From positions 23,064,001 to 23,128,000 of the forward strand of contig NC_082720.1 of NCBI RefSeq assembly GCF_030144855.1: 64,000 nt of DNA. Reading direction: 5' to 3'. Below, one piece after another: positions 11,716 through 24,659 of the stretch (the first letter of the stretch is position 1; every line of letters starts with the position of its first letter). A model generated the notes under the pieces. It worked only from the letters and a program-made list of their open reading frames with translations, was not told where the DNA came from and ran no database searches. This stretch comes from Hypanus sabinus (lineage: Eukaryota). The position numbers and the translations under genes are program-made.

Positions 11716-14700
11716 GTTTGTGTGAATCCTTTGTGATTTACTGCCTCTGGCAATCGCCATCAGCAAGAAATAACAGATCATACTCTGCATACATATATAA
11801 AAAGTATATTTATGAATGTCAACTTAAGCAACTAGTTGTTAAAGAAAAGAAAGAAAAAAAAGCAAAATAGGTCTATTATACATAAACAGTCACATATGCA
11901 TGGTGGAGCTCAAATCTTGCAAATGCTGTTGGTTTTTGATGTACACGCTGCACCTTCCTATCGTCACTCAAAATCTATCGTATACAAACAGGCTCTCCCT
12001 CGTGAGTAATGGTTTTCCTTCTTGAAGCCATTCATCTGCACAAAGCACCTTGTGGAGTAGGAACGCATCCTCAGCCAACTTTCCTCTTGTATTCTCCCAG
12101 CTCCCGCCAACAAAGACCTCTCCACCCAGCGTTCTCCAGAACCTCCTCCCAATTCTACCATCCTGACTGGCTGACAGCACGTTCCTAAGTTGAACAACAA
12201 AGCTATTTATCTCAGCTCAAACCCAAACAAGGTGAAAGCAGAACTGGTAATTTGAAATATCTACAGCATAGCAGTAAAAATCTTAACCAGGTTGTTACAC
12301 ATAGAATCAATGTATAGACATTTATTTCTTTTATTCAAGTTTTTTTATTGTTTATCTTATTGCCTTTCTTATTTTTCAGTGACCATGTACACAGACATGT
12401 AACAAAAATCTGTTTTTCTAATGTTCCTACTGAAGTGGATCATGTCACATTTCAACACATTATTTTCCATTCGTCATGTGCTTGTCTATTTAGCTAGCCC
12501 TCTCTTTTCTGCTGATTTCTCCTGGCATTCTCTGCAAATCTCACACAGGCAGGTGAGGATCCATCATGAAATCTTGGAAATGTTGTCCTTGAGCTAATAC
12601 ATTGTTATGTTATGAACAGAAGTAGTTCCGGCCCCATAACTATGGAAACCAATGCAAGATTAACTTCAACACAGACAAAATGCTGGAGGAACTCAGCAGG
12701 CCTGTCACAACCACAGATTTGACAGCGCAGCAGATATGGCAATTGCGCTTGTGAATATGCACAAGTCAGCTAATTATTTCATTGTGATTGTCTTTAACTC
12801 TATACTTGTCATCGTAGTGCTTGTCAGGACTTGAACACAGCACAGCAATTCATTGCTTCCTGTTTCCAATCAGCCTTGCCAGAGAAATTGGACTGTTAAG
12901 TCAACTGACTGAAGACTAGCGGTTTTCATTTATTATTTAGTTGTTCTTCTTAGCTGCAGTGTAGCCTTCGTTTTCCATTTGAGAGTTTTACTTAATGGCT
13001 CTGTGTGGCCTGGCATTTATTGTTTTCTTTTCCCTTTAATGCTGTTGGCTTTAAATTCTGTGAACTATCGCCCTGCTTCACTGTCTCTCACTCTGCACTT
13101 GGGCCATGTCTGAACCATTGGTGATAAGGTTGGGTATGACCTATGGAAAAAAATACAGAACTAATAAACCCCGATGACTGGTTTCAACCCGAAACCCTTT
13201 CCGTAGATGCTACCTGGCCTGTTGAGTTCCTCCAGTATTTTGTGTGTGATGCTTGGATTCCAGCATCTGCAGATTTTCTCTTGTTTGTGACAAGAATAAC
13301 TTGTTGATTTTATTTCTGTTTTCTAAGTAAACCAGTACACAGTAGTATATTAACCCCAATCCAATGTGTTCTTATTTTGCCTAACAGTGGCAGCTAAAAG
13401 ACCTTCTTCTGGTCAAAATACCTGTTCTCCCTGACCTTTGTTATAAGTTGTATGAGCTTGATGTGAGTGAATAACAGTTTCTGACTGAGCATTGACCAAC
13501 AGAAAAATAAGTTTTATAGTTGTTGTGTTCCACAGACCATCATAACAGTTCTGTTAACCAGAAGTAAGTGCTGTATGTATACCATTGATATGATGTTGCT
13601 TATTTACATTCTGATATTAATGTCTTTTTATTTGGACAAACTGCACCGTCAGTAATAAAGGTTAACTACTATGCCTTGATGTTGCTTTTTGTATAACTGT
13701 TTCTGTTTAGAACCTTAAGATTAGGTGAAGATTAGAGTTGCATAAGGACAGAATAGAAATGTTTGCGATTGAAGTTAAAGTAAGACGTGCATTTTTTAAA
13801 TTGCCTCTCTCACTGAGCAACAAATGGGAAAATCCTTCCACAGACAGGGATGTGGTGATGATCAGATGTAGGTCATGATTGTAGATCTTTTAATTTGATT
13901 AATTCTTGGGAGGAATGTGATAATTTCTTGATCTTGAAAATAATCAAAGTTGTGCCAATAAGGAGAGATCATAATATTACACTATTAATGGTACTGTGTC
14001 TGTTCATACATTGGCAACGCGGTAAACAAATCCATCAAACAAACAGAAGTAATCCTGATTTAATCACCACTTGGGAATGAGTCCTCAGGATTTTACAAAC
14101 AAGCTCAGTGATATGACAAGAACTTGGCAGATGGACCACCATGAAGAAAAGTGGGAGATCATCCATTTTAGTACCAATAATGGAAAAGCGGAGTTTTTAT
14201 TAAATGCTAAGTGATTGGGTAGCGTTGAACTTTAGGAGTAACAAAGTTGTAGTTGTACAGAGTCTTGGCATGGATCTAGCAAACCCATTCTGTAAAAACA
14301 CTGACCTATGTAAACACCAGCAGAAGCTCCTAAGTCCTCATCCCTGGGAGAGGACGGATACACCATGATGTGTTACACCTGTGGATGGTTTGAAATACCG
14401 GCTCAGGACAGAGGATTCTGGTGAATTACTCTCGGTGGCTTGTGCCGTAGTAGAGGTGATGGTTTTAGCTAACTGACAGAGTATTGGCAAGACTGCATTG
14501 GGAAGGTAGTGGAGACATTTGGTTTCTTAACAATGAATGGACATTCTTGCCATAGAAAGAGAACAATGAATAACTGGAGTCACAGATGGCAATTCACAAC
14601 ACCCTTCCCTCACTCTACAATTGAGTGAATGCTGAATGTATTTTCAGGCTTCATGATAGATTAATTGCTTGAACATTTCAGTGGTCTATTTGGTCAGAAT

Positions 14701-15414
14701 ATATCTGTGACAAGAGACCTAGACGAGGATCCAAGTACTAGAGTATCAGAGACTAGAATCAAGACGTAGCCGCCAATTAGCAGGTCAGGTCTGAGTCATT
14801 AAAGAATGTATCAGCTGTCAATATTCCAGAGAGTCAGAGTGTCCAAGCACCGGAAGCTGGTACGGTCGGGTGCTTATCATAACAATATCTGAACTGCCCT
14901 TTGACCATCTGGTGTTCAGACAATTACTGTCCTTGCCCGGAAACTGCTTACTTATCATTGTTTCTCATAAGCTGAAGGCACAGCAATCTGTGACAGAGTG
15001 AATTTATATCTGCAGCCTGGATCTGGGACACTGAGCATCAGAGTGCTCTCTGTGTTTTCACACAGTGATGAACATTCGGGTGTGGGTGAATCTTTTCTGG
15101 TGCAGCACATCTGAGATTGTCATGTGGAGCTCATAAATAACATGGAGAGATTCATAAATGCCAGTTGATTGACATGTCGAACATAAGATGATGTACACTG
15201 AGGTTCATATTGGCCAGGCTGACATCAGATCAGGATTGGACTTTGACTAATAAACCAATTTATATTTTAGATTAAAAATCACCTCATGACTGTGTAGCTC
15301 CTAGAACTGGAATAAAAACATCCCAATGTGTTATTTTCAATAACAAGAAATTGTCTCCATTACTCGCCAATAATTAATCAAATTAAAAATCTACAATTGT
15401 GATCTATATCTCAA

Positions 15415-17400
15415 GACAAGTCAGTCAACTTTTATTGTCATTTCGACCATAACTGCTGGTACAGTGCATAGTTAAAATGAGACAACGTTTTTCAGGACCA
15501 TGGTGTTACATGACACAGTACAAAAGACTAAACTGAACTACGTAAAAAAAAACACAGAGAAAGCTACACTAGACTATAGATCTACTCTGGACTGCATAAA
15601 GTGCACAAAAACTGTGCAGGCATTACAATAAATAAATAGGACAGTAGGGCAAGGTGTCAGTCCAGGCTTCAAGTATTGAAGGAGTCTGATAGCTTGGGGG
15701 GAAGAAGCTGTTACATAGTCTGGTCATGAGAGTCTTTTCCCAGATGGCAGGAGGGAAAAGAGATTGTATGAGGGGTGCGTGGGGTCCTTCATAATCCTTC
15801 ATAAATCTATTTATTTTATCTGGTACTTTTCTCTTTCTCTTGCAAACACTCAGAAATCTGTAGTTAGAGTCTTTTTCCAATGTGGAGAGGAACGTATTGT
15901 GAGAACTAAATTTAACATACTTATGTGGAAGAAGTACAAAGGGTGATGGGACGCAGTAATTGGGCAGATGTTGCATCACAGAAGCTACATTGGTAGTTGT
16001 AAGAGGTGGAGTGTGTAGAGATGGAGGTGGTAGATTGAGACTGGTAGCTACAGAGAGGATGAACACCTGGAGAGATGAGAAAAATGTTAGGTCCAGTTGG
16101 CATCATATTGATGATGGGGAAAATGACCCAGGATAGATGTAGAAACTGGTGGTGGGGGGGGGGGGGGGAGGTGAGGTCACTAACGGAGGAATGAGAGCAC
16201 AAGTGTGGGGAGCTGAACAGTTGCAGTTACTGACAGTTGGTGAGAAATAAGCAGTAAGAATATTTGCAACTGTCTTGCTCATACAGTGTCAAGCATTCAG
16301 GCTGGGAGTGAAAATGAATATATATATAGAAAACAAGTAGTGCAAAATTAGAGAAGTGGTGTTCATGGGTGGAGGAGGGGAAGAAGCTGTTCCCCTCCAC
16401 TGAGTATGTGTCTTAAGGCTCCTGTACTTCCTCGTTGATGGTAGCAGTGAGATGAGGGCATCTCCTGGGTAGTGGGGCCCCTTAAGGATGGATGTGGCCT
16501 TCATGAGGAATCAGTTTTTGAAGATGCCTTTGATGCTGGGGAGGATGGAGCCCGTAATGAAGCTGGCTGAGTTTGTAACCTTCTGCAGCTTTTTCTGATC
16601 CGTGCTGTGGTTCATTGATACCTGCCAGTGATGGAACCAGTTAGAATGCTCTCCATAGTACATCTGTCACAATTTGCCAGTGTCTTTGGTGACACGGAAA
16701 ATCTCCTCAAACCCCATTGAGATGACAGCGCGCTTGGTTGCAACAGCTGTTGGGTTGAACCAGTCATGTGATTGTTTGTCCTTTCTATGAACACTGAGCA
16801 CTGCACGACTACCCCACTAGTGAACTGCTGGATAGTGGGGGAACTGGACTTGTCGCATGCTGTTTCATCACCTGCTACAGCCATGCAGGGGAGAAGGCAT
16901 CAGTGCATGGTCCAATAAACTATGCAAATGATTGTCCAACATTTTTCTTATAATCGCAAATCCCTGCTCAAATTGATCATGTAAAATACTGCATTGGTTC
17001 ATTAGCGAGACCAACAGGAGGGGGGTTGCATGGCCTTGGTTGTTGTGTGAACCAGGTCTCATGCTGTGACGACTCTTATTACAGCTGGTCAGGGGAAGTG
17101 ACGCAGGAGGCAGTGTAGCAGAGAGCAAAGGCATGGCGGGCACACCAATATCTGTGCTGGGCTGGAGCTGGCACACACAGACCAGCTCTCCTGTTGGTGC
17201 TACTCGCTAGTGTTCACTCAGTGGAAGTAAAGCTGGATTTTGCTAGTCTATGGCTGCACTAGTGCATAATGAGGAACTGCTGTGTGATTGTTCTTGTGGA
17301 AACATGGCTCAATGACAATACCACATGCACCATCAATCTACAGGCCATAACATTTAGGTCCTCAATCTTGTTCTCCATCGACTGTACATCTGCTAACAGT
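15415..17400 (-). mobile_element. Rex1/Babar-like LINE fragments and tail
   Basis: Minus ORF KATSILKGPHYPGDALISLLPSTRKYRSLKTHT; same tail as 63700-63815. Confidence 0.65.
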
Positions 17401-18010
17401 ATACTGGGAGAGTAAATTTCATGCCCTGACTTTTCACTCTAACTTTGAGTCTTCCCCTCCTCCCTCTCTTCCAAACATGGTGATCTACCTTTGTCCGCTT
17501 AAAGATGCCGTACCTGCTTGCTTGAGAGTTAAGTCCTCTGAGTCCCCAGAAGATCGTGAAATCACTAATTCTTCAAAATGGTTCAAAATTATGTTCAAGG
17601 GAAATTTTGGTCTACAGATTGCAGTGAGAGTCATTCAGAAGTATATTTGGAATTTTGTAAACCACCCATAGCACGTTGCAATTTTCACTCGTCCTCGCCA
17701 ATAGAGTGTAAGTAACTGGGTCCTCCATAGAACTGAATTCGACCCAGCACTTACTCCCAAGACAAAGACCATCTGTTTACTTCACTGTTTTATTTCTGGA
17801 ACAAGAGCATTCCTGTGTATCACCACAAATTCAATGTATTTTTTTGTTTAATTGTGCAAATGTGAAAGGCACTTTGAACCTGCATATACGGCACACTTAC
17901 TGGTTCTCCAGATCTAACCCAGCCCTCATTTAGTTCTACATGAGTCATTGATTGAGAAAAATGAATGAGTTCACTGACATGGAAGTAAATTAACTTTTCT
18001 TCTGTTACAG

Positions 18011-18094
18011 GCACCAGCACAACATCTCCATCGACCACAACTGAGTCCTTGTCTACAGACCATGGAAGTGACACAATTTATCCACTAAACAATG
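18011..18094 (+). CDS. Candidate mucin-stalk exon (TSTTSPSTTTESLSTDHG[SDTIYPLNN])
   Basis: Acceptor cttttcttctgttacag; S/T-rich only in the phase-1 frame. The 3' end is either 18067 (A|GTGACA) or 18094 (G|GCATTA), both phase 1. Confidence 0.7.
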
Positions 18095-19817
18095 GCATTA
18101 ATATTTTTTTATTTGTGTATACTGCACAATTTAACTATAATCTTCAAAGTGGACAAGAAGGCCTTGAAATTGCTTACAATTTAAATGTTCATGTGTGGAA
18201 CATTAACAATTATGGTGGCTTTAACTTAGATAAAGTATTGTATAGCCAGGTCTCTGTAGATCCCATGGTCCTCAATCTTCTGAAGCTCCTTGCCATTCAC
18301 TTTACTGAAGTTGAAGTAAACAGCATCCATCCTCATTAATTAACCTAACACCTCCTCAAAACACACAAATAAGTAAAATATTTCCTTCCCTTTCTAGAGA
18401 AGGGGCTAGACTTGACCTCTTCTTAGGAAATGAGGTGGGAAAGAGACTGATTTATTCAATGGTGGGAGAGCACTTTGTGATCAGTGACCATAATTATATT
18501 AGCTTTTGATATGATTCAATATAATGTCATAAACTGGGGTAGGGCTTATTCCGATAGCATCAGACAGGAATTCTTAAAAACTGATTGACTGTGGTTGTGC
18601 TCCCTCTTATCATGCCAGACAGTGCTATCTGTGACACTGAATTGTTACTGGTTAGAACAAATGGAGACAGAGAAACTTCTGTAATATCCCAGGGCTATCA
18701 TCTTGGTGGTAAAATTGGGGAAGGAGATGTATCACACACTATGTGATCTACAGAGAGGAGTTAATGGATGGTATTGTTGCCATGTGGAGATTTCTGGACT
18801 GTTCACAATACAGGCCCTTCAGCCCACAAAGTTGTGTCGAACATGTCCCTACCTTAGAAATTGCCAGGCTTACCCATAGCTCTCTATTTTTCTAAGCTCC
18901 ATGTACCTATCCAGAAGTCTCTTAAAAGACCCTATCATATCCACCTCTACCACCGTTACCAGCAGCCCATTCCACCCACTCACCACTGTCTGATTAAAAA
19001 ACTTACCCCTGACATCTTTTCTGTACCTACTCCCCAGCACCTTAAACCTGTGCCCTCTTGTGGTAACCATTTCAGCCCTGGGAAAAAGCCTCTGACTATC
19101 CACACAATCAAAGCCTCTCATAATCTTATACACCGCTATCAGGTCCCCTCTCCTCCTCTGTCGCTCCAAGCAGAAAAGGCCGAGTTCACTCAACCTGTTT
19201 TCATAAGGCATGCTCCCCAATCCAAGCAACATCCTTATAAGTGTCCTCTGCACCCTTTCAATGGCTTCCACATCCTTCCTGTAGTGAAGCAACCAGAACT
19301 GAGCACAGTACTCCAAGTGGGGTCTGATCAGGGTCCTATATAGCTACAACATTACCTCTTTGCTCCTAAATTCAATTCCACAATTAATGAAGGCCAATAC
19401 ACTATATACCTTCTTAACCACAGAGTCAACCTGCATAGCTGCTTTGAGCGTCCTATGGACTCGGACCCCAGGATCCCTCTGATCCTCCATACTGCCAAGA
19501 GTCTTACCGCTAATACTATTCTGCCATCATATTTGACCTACAAAAATGAATCACTTCACACTTATCAGGGTTGAACTCCATCAGCCACTTCTCAGCCCAG
19601 TTTTGCATCCTATCAATGTCCCACTGTAACCTCTGACAGCCCTCCACACTATCCACAACACCTCTAACCTTTGTGTCATCAGCAAACTTACTAACCCATC
19701 CCTCCACTTCCTCATCCAGGTCATTTATAAAAATCACAAAGTGTAACGGTCCCAGAACAGATCCCTAAGGCACACCATTGGTCACCGACCTCCATGCAGA
19801 ATATGACCCATCTACAA

Positions 19818-20716
19818 GCATGAGGAAATCTGCAGATGCTGGAAATTCAAGTAACACTCACAAAATGCTGGTGGAACACAGCAGGCCAGGTAGCATCTAT
19901 AGGGAGAAGCACTGTCAACGTTTTGGGCCGAGACCCTTAATCAGGTCTAACTGAAAGGAAAGATAGTAAGAGATTTGAAAGTAGGAGGGGGAGGGGAAAA
20001 TGCGAAATGATAGGACAGGAGAGGTCCCGGAGGATTGGAGAGCTGTGGATGTTTTTCCTTTATTCAAGAAAGGGAGTAGAGATAGCCCAGGAAATTATAG
20101 ACCAATGAGACTTACTTCAGTGGTTGCAAAGTTGATGGTGAAGGCCCTGAGAGGCAGGATTTATCAACATCAGGATTTATCAATGTACATAGTCACATCC
20201 TGATACATGGTCTCCTCAACCATCAAGATGAAGCCACACTCAGGTTGGAGGAACAACACCTTATATACCGGCTGGGTAGCCTCCAACCTGATGGCATGAA
20301 GATTGACTTCTCTAACTTCCGTTCATGCCCCTCCTCCCCTTCTTACCCCATTCCATATATATTACATTTTCCCCCTCCTTTTTTTTCCTCTCATTCTGCC
20401 CATCACTCTGCCTGTTCTCCATCTCCGTCTGGTGCTCCCCTCCCCCTTCCTTTCTCCCTAGGCCTCCCATCCCATGATCCTTTCCCTTCTCCATCTCTGT
20501 ATCCCTTTTGCCAATCACATTTCTGGCTCTCAGCTTCACCCCACCCCTCCAGTCTTCTCCTATCATTTCACATTATTCCCTCCCCCTCCTAATTTCAAAT
20601 CTCTTATTATCTTTCCTTTCAGTTAGTCCTGACGAAGGGTCTCAGCCTGAAACGTTGACAGTGCTTCTCCCTATAGATGCTGCCTGGCCTGCTGTGTTCC
20701 ACCAGCATTTTGTTTG
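19818..20716. mobile_element. Penelope-like composite insertion with inverted tails and 16-bp TSD
   Basis: tatgacccatctacaa (19802-19817) and tatgacccgtctacaa (20717-20732); arms ~19859-20010 and ~20560-20716 are reverse complements. Confidence 0.8.
20624..20661 (+). ncRNA. Minimal type I hammerhead ribozyme-like motif in Penelope tail
   Basis: AGTC-CTGACGA-agggtctcagcct-GAAAC-GTT-GAC: conserved core boxes, short stem II, stem I AGTC/GAC, palindromic AACGTT. Confidence 0.6.
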
Positions 20717-21263
20717 TATGACCCGTCTACAACCACGCTTTGCCTTCTGTGGGCAAACCAATTCTGGATCCACAAAGCAATATCCTCTTGGATCCCATGC
20801 CCCCTTACTTTCTCAATAAGACTTGCATGGGGTACCTTATCTAATACCTTGCTGAAATCCATCTACACTACATCTACTGCTCTTTGTTCATCAATGTGTA
20901 TAGTCACATCCTCAAAAATTTCAATCAGGCTTATAAGGCATGATCTGCCTTTGACAAAGCCATGCTGACTACTCCTAATCATATTCTGCCTTTCCAAATG
21001 TTGATAAATCCTGCCTCTCAGGACCTTCATCAACTTACCAACCACTGAAGTAAGACTCACTGGTCTATAATATCCTAGGCTATCACTACTCCCTTTTTTG
21101 TATAAAGGAACAACATCCACAGCTCTCCAATCCTCCAGAACCTCTCCTGTCCCCATTGATAATGCGAAGATCATCGCCAGAGGCTCAGCAATCTCCTCCC
21201 TCACCTCCCACAGCAGCGTGGGGTACATCTCATCCATTCCTGGTGACTTATCCAACTTGATGC

Positions 21264-21476
21264 TGATGCACCATCAATAACTCACACTGAGACGTAAGGC
21301 GAGATATCGGCTTTTATTGACTGGAAGAAGGAACCAGGAGTGAGTGTCCATCATACTATGTCCTGGAGACTGAGGCCGAGCGTCAGGCCTCAGATCGCCT
21401 TTATACAGGGGCCTGTGGGAGGAGCCACAGGAGCAGTCAGCAGGGGCGTGTCCAGACAGGCACATAGTTCACCACA
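21264..21476 (-). mobile_element. Solo LTR (213 bp) with 5-bp TSD GATGC
   Basis: TG...CA ends; GATGC at 21259-21263 and 21477-21481; AATAAA near the minus-strand 3' end. Confidence 0.85.
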
Positions 21477-21992
21477 GATGCTTTAAAAAATGTCCAGCAT
21501 ATCCTTTCTTAATAACTACATGCTCAAGCTTTTCAGTCTGCTGCAAGTCATCACTACAATCACCAAGATCCTTTTCCACAGTGAATACTGAAGTAAGGTA
21601 TTCATTAAGTGCATCAACTATTTCCTCCTGTTCCATACAAACTTTCCCACTGTCACACTTGATAGGTCCTATTCTTTCATGTCTTATCCTCTTGCTCTTC
21701 ACGTACTTCTAGAATGCCTTGGGGTTTTCCTTAATCCTGCCCGCCAAGGCCTTCTCATGGCCCTTTCTGGCTCTCCTAATTTCCTTTTTAAGCTCCTTCC
21801 TGTTAGCCTTTTCATCTGCTAGATCTCTAACATTATCTAACTCTCTGAACCTTTTGTAAGCTTTTCTTTTCTTCATGACTATATTTATTACAGCCTTTGA
21901 ATACCACAAAGCACAAAGATGATCTGAAATTGAACTTGCATTTTCTGGTTTTGGACAGCAAGCAGCTCAATATTCCATCTTTCTGTCTCAGC

Positions 21993-22170
21993 AATGGTGG
22001 TGCCGCAGTGTAGTGGTTTCTGTAACTGTCCCACAGATCCTGTGACCCAGGTTCAACCCTGAGCTCTGATGCTCCATTTGAGGAGGTCACCCTCGGTTCC
22101 CCATGTGCTCGGGTTTCCTCCATGTACATGGGGAACATCTGTTTGGAGAGATTACATTGCTTTGATTGAA
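21993..22170 (+). mobile_element. tRNA-derived SINE (V-SINE/HE1-like)
   Basis: A-box-like tggtgccgcagtgtagtgg; B-box-like ggttcaaccc (22050-22059); core-like gggtttcctcc. Confidence 0.55.
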
Positions 22171-22499
22171 TGAATTGTGCTCTTCTGCTCACTGAAAGCA
22201 TATGAAGTGACATAAGGAATATTGATTCTGTCTTTGTTGTTAATTGTATATGTAGTAAGGATAATGCGCTGGGTGAAAGTGGCAGGATGCTACAATATAA
22301 AATGTACAATGTAATAGTGATGCTACCCAGGAGTTATCATGACAACATCAATGGCTCATTAATGACAGAATGCATCTTCACAAGGACTTGACTCTAATCC
22401 TGACCTTGGAACATTCTCATTACTTATTTCAATCTCTTCTTGAGGTAAAGAACTGAACTCAATGGTAGAAGATGTAACAGACTCCTTGACGGACAGATA

Positions 22500-23100
22500 A
22501 TTTCTGACCAAATTAGTGGAGTGCAGAAGACCAAGAAAAATTGATTGCCTGGGAATTGTGTTTCGGGAGGTAGGAAAGAGGCTGAAGTGCAGGACTGCCA
22601 AGGCAATAACTTCCAGATTAATCCCTGTTTCACTTGCTAGTTAGAGCAGGAATAGGATGATAGTACAGATGAATGAATAACTATAGAATTAGTGCAGGGG
22701 CAGGGTTTCAGGTTCTTGGATCATTGGAACCTCTTCTGGGCCACGAGTGACTTGAACAGAAGGGACTGGATGCACCTAAACTGGAGAAGAACCAATTTCT
22801 TGGCCAGGAGGGTCATTAGTGCCACTCAGGATTGATTAAATTAGTTTAGCCGGGGATTGGAATCAGAACACTCGGTCAGAAAGTGGAGGGATACAGATGT
22901 ATCCCTGGTAGATGTCAGGGCCAGTAAAAACAGACAGGAGAAAAGTAATAAGTAGATATGATGGATAGTTTGAAGAGTGTATAATTTAATCCTAGGAGTA
23001 TTATAGATAAAGAGGATGAACTGGAGCTTGGATCAGTACAGGAATTATGATGTTCTGGCCATTGCAGAGATTTTGTTGAGAGAGGGATAGGAATATGTGG
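22500..23100 (+). mobile_element. CR1 ORF1 (esterase-like) and endonuclease-start remnant
   Basis: Similar to 49450-49820 (ttcttggatcattgg...ctcttc; ggaattatgatg). Confidence 0.6.
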
Positions 23101-24348
23101 TTAATTTATTTGTGTCAGCACTACATAGTGGGTTGAGGGGCCTAGTTATAAGAATCACCCCTTGCAACAATGATCAGAAAGGCACAGAGAGAATCTTTAT
23201 TTACCTAACCACAAAGTACACCACAGATGCTGTGGTCAAATCAAGACGTAGAAAAAAGCTGGATGAGCTCAACAGCTCGGGCAGTATCCGGTTGAAAGAA
23301 GCAGTCAACGTTTTGGGTCGAGACCTTAAAAGTTGACTGCTTCTTTCAACGGATGCTGCCCGACCTGCTGAGTTCATCCAGCTTTTTTGTATGTCTTGAT
23401 CTCTATTTACCTACAAGTAACCTTTATTGTCTCAACTAAAAAGCATGTGGGTTCGCTAACTAACTACTTGTGAGCACACCCACAAGAATTCCCAGAACCT
23501 CCATGAACAGTCAATGAAGGGAACAGGTACTACCAGGGAAAGGAGTCTATGCTGACCAGGCATTCTCATTATCCTGATCTCCACATATCCATGGCATCCT
23601 CCTCACCTGCGATGGTTGCTGGAGAGTTATCGCTGTAACGCATTTGGAGCTCCAGACTTTTTCAGTGTACCTCATCAGTTGAACTGGTGGATCTCCAACC
23701 CATTGGCTCAAGGTCACCTGGCCCAGCTGGTTCTAGTCCAGGGCTATAACCAACATTGATTTATGTTTCTGTCCACACCATCCTTACGTATTTGTGTCTT
23801 TCAAATCTGATTGGTCCAAACATTAAACTGGGCGACCCAAGCACTAAACCTAATGAGATTACAAATCATTTCTCTGGTAAATCTACCATTTTACATAATA
23901 AATAGCAGCTCATCTGAGAAAGGTCTCAGGGTTAGCAGGTCATTAGCTGAAGCTCCGTATGTCCACATTCAATTGTTCTGTTTAGATAATCCAGGAGCAA
24001 GAATCAGTTCTGAGTTCACAAAATGGGGGGTGGGGGAACAAGGACAATTGGTTTGTCTACTTCCCCTGTCCTTGATTCATCCAAATCCACTAATCTGTAG
24101 ACTGTAGTTCCTTTTGGCAGTAGTAGGCATAAGGGTTTAGTTTAGTTGGCCATTTTATTACTAATTTATTTGTTCTGGGACTACATTATGAGTTGAAGAG
24201 CCTGTTTATGTGCTGTACTGTTCTATGTTCTGAAAACTGAGATTGGAATTTTTGGCAAATTATCTCAGTATCTGGATAAACTGTTTTTACACTCAATACC
24301 ATCTTGTTCTGTTTCCTGCACATTTCATTCTTAAAACTGTCATTACAG

Positions 24349-24407
24349 GTTTTACAACCTATCCGTTGACATCTCCTAGAGATTTCAGTTCAACTCCACA
24401 TTTACCT
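24349..24407 (+). CDS. Candidate mucin-stalk exon (FTTYPLTSPRDFSSTPHLP)
   Basis: Acceptor gtcattacag, donor CCT|GTGAGC, phase 1-0, S/T/P-rich. Confidence 0.55.
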
Positions 24408-24659
24408 GTGAGCAATTTCTTTTTTTATCCAGAAGATAAGTGTAATTATTCATAAAATTTCACTGAGATGACAAGGTTATCTCCTTCTGCTCAGCTTGTT
24501 CCAGTGTTGTATTGTACATGCATACTTTGACAATAAAATAACCTTTGGAATGCCAGAACTTTGAAAGTTCTTCTTTTTCATAGAAAAAGTTAAATAATTG
24601 AAAAGATTGTTCTGAAATGAAAGCAGAACTCTGTTTGGATCATAGTGAAGGGAGGGTTA

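Larger units (their letters stand above)
18805..21907 (-). mobile_element. 5'-truncated CR1 with nested Penelope composite and solo LTR
   Basis: Minus ORFs WYSKAVINIV, DKSPGMDEMYP, MDFSKVLDKVPH, INDLDEEVEGWVSKFADD, EYCAQFWLLHYRKD. Confidence 0.9.
18648..21957 (+). pseudogene. Degenerate duplicate of the TIM IgV exon (3' half), in two pieces 18648-18804 and ~21915-21957, split by a CR1
   Basis: Aligns to 8590-8800: RTNGDRETSVISQGYHLGGKIGEGDVS [2-nt deletion] DLQRGVNGWYCCHVEISGLF | DDLKLNLHFLVLD, then gcaagcagctcaat versus gtaagcagctcaat. Confidence 0.9.

Noticed and set aside
12380-12420. Possible third STDHG-like exon after a strong acceptor
   Set aside because: Stop after six codons; similarity too weak to support by eye
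13388-13462. 75-nt exon-like segment (AG...GTGAGT)
   Set aside because: Open only in phase 0 (WQLKDLLL...), stops in the phase-1 frame, and not mucin-like
21993-22060. tRNA gene
   Set aside because: Only A/B-box-like remnants, no cloverleaf; this is a SINE head
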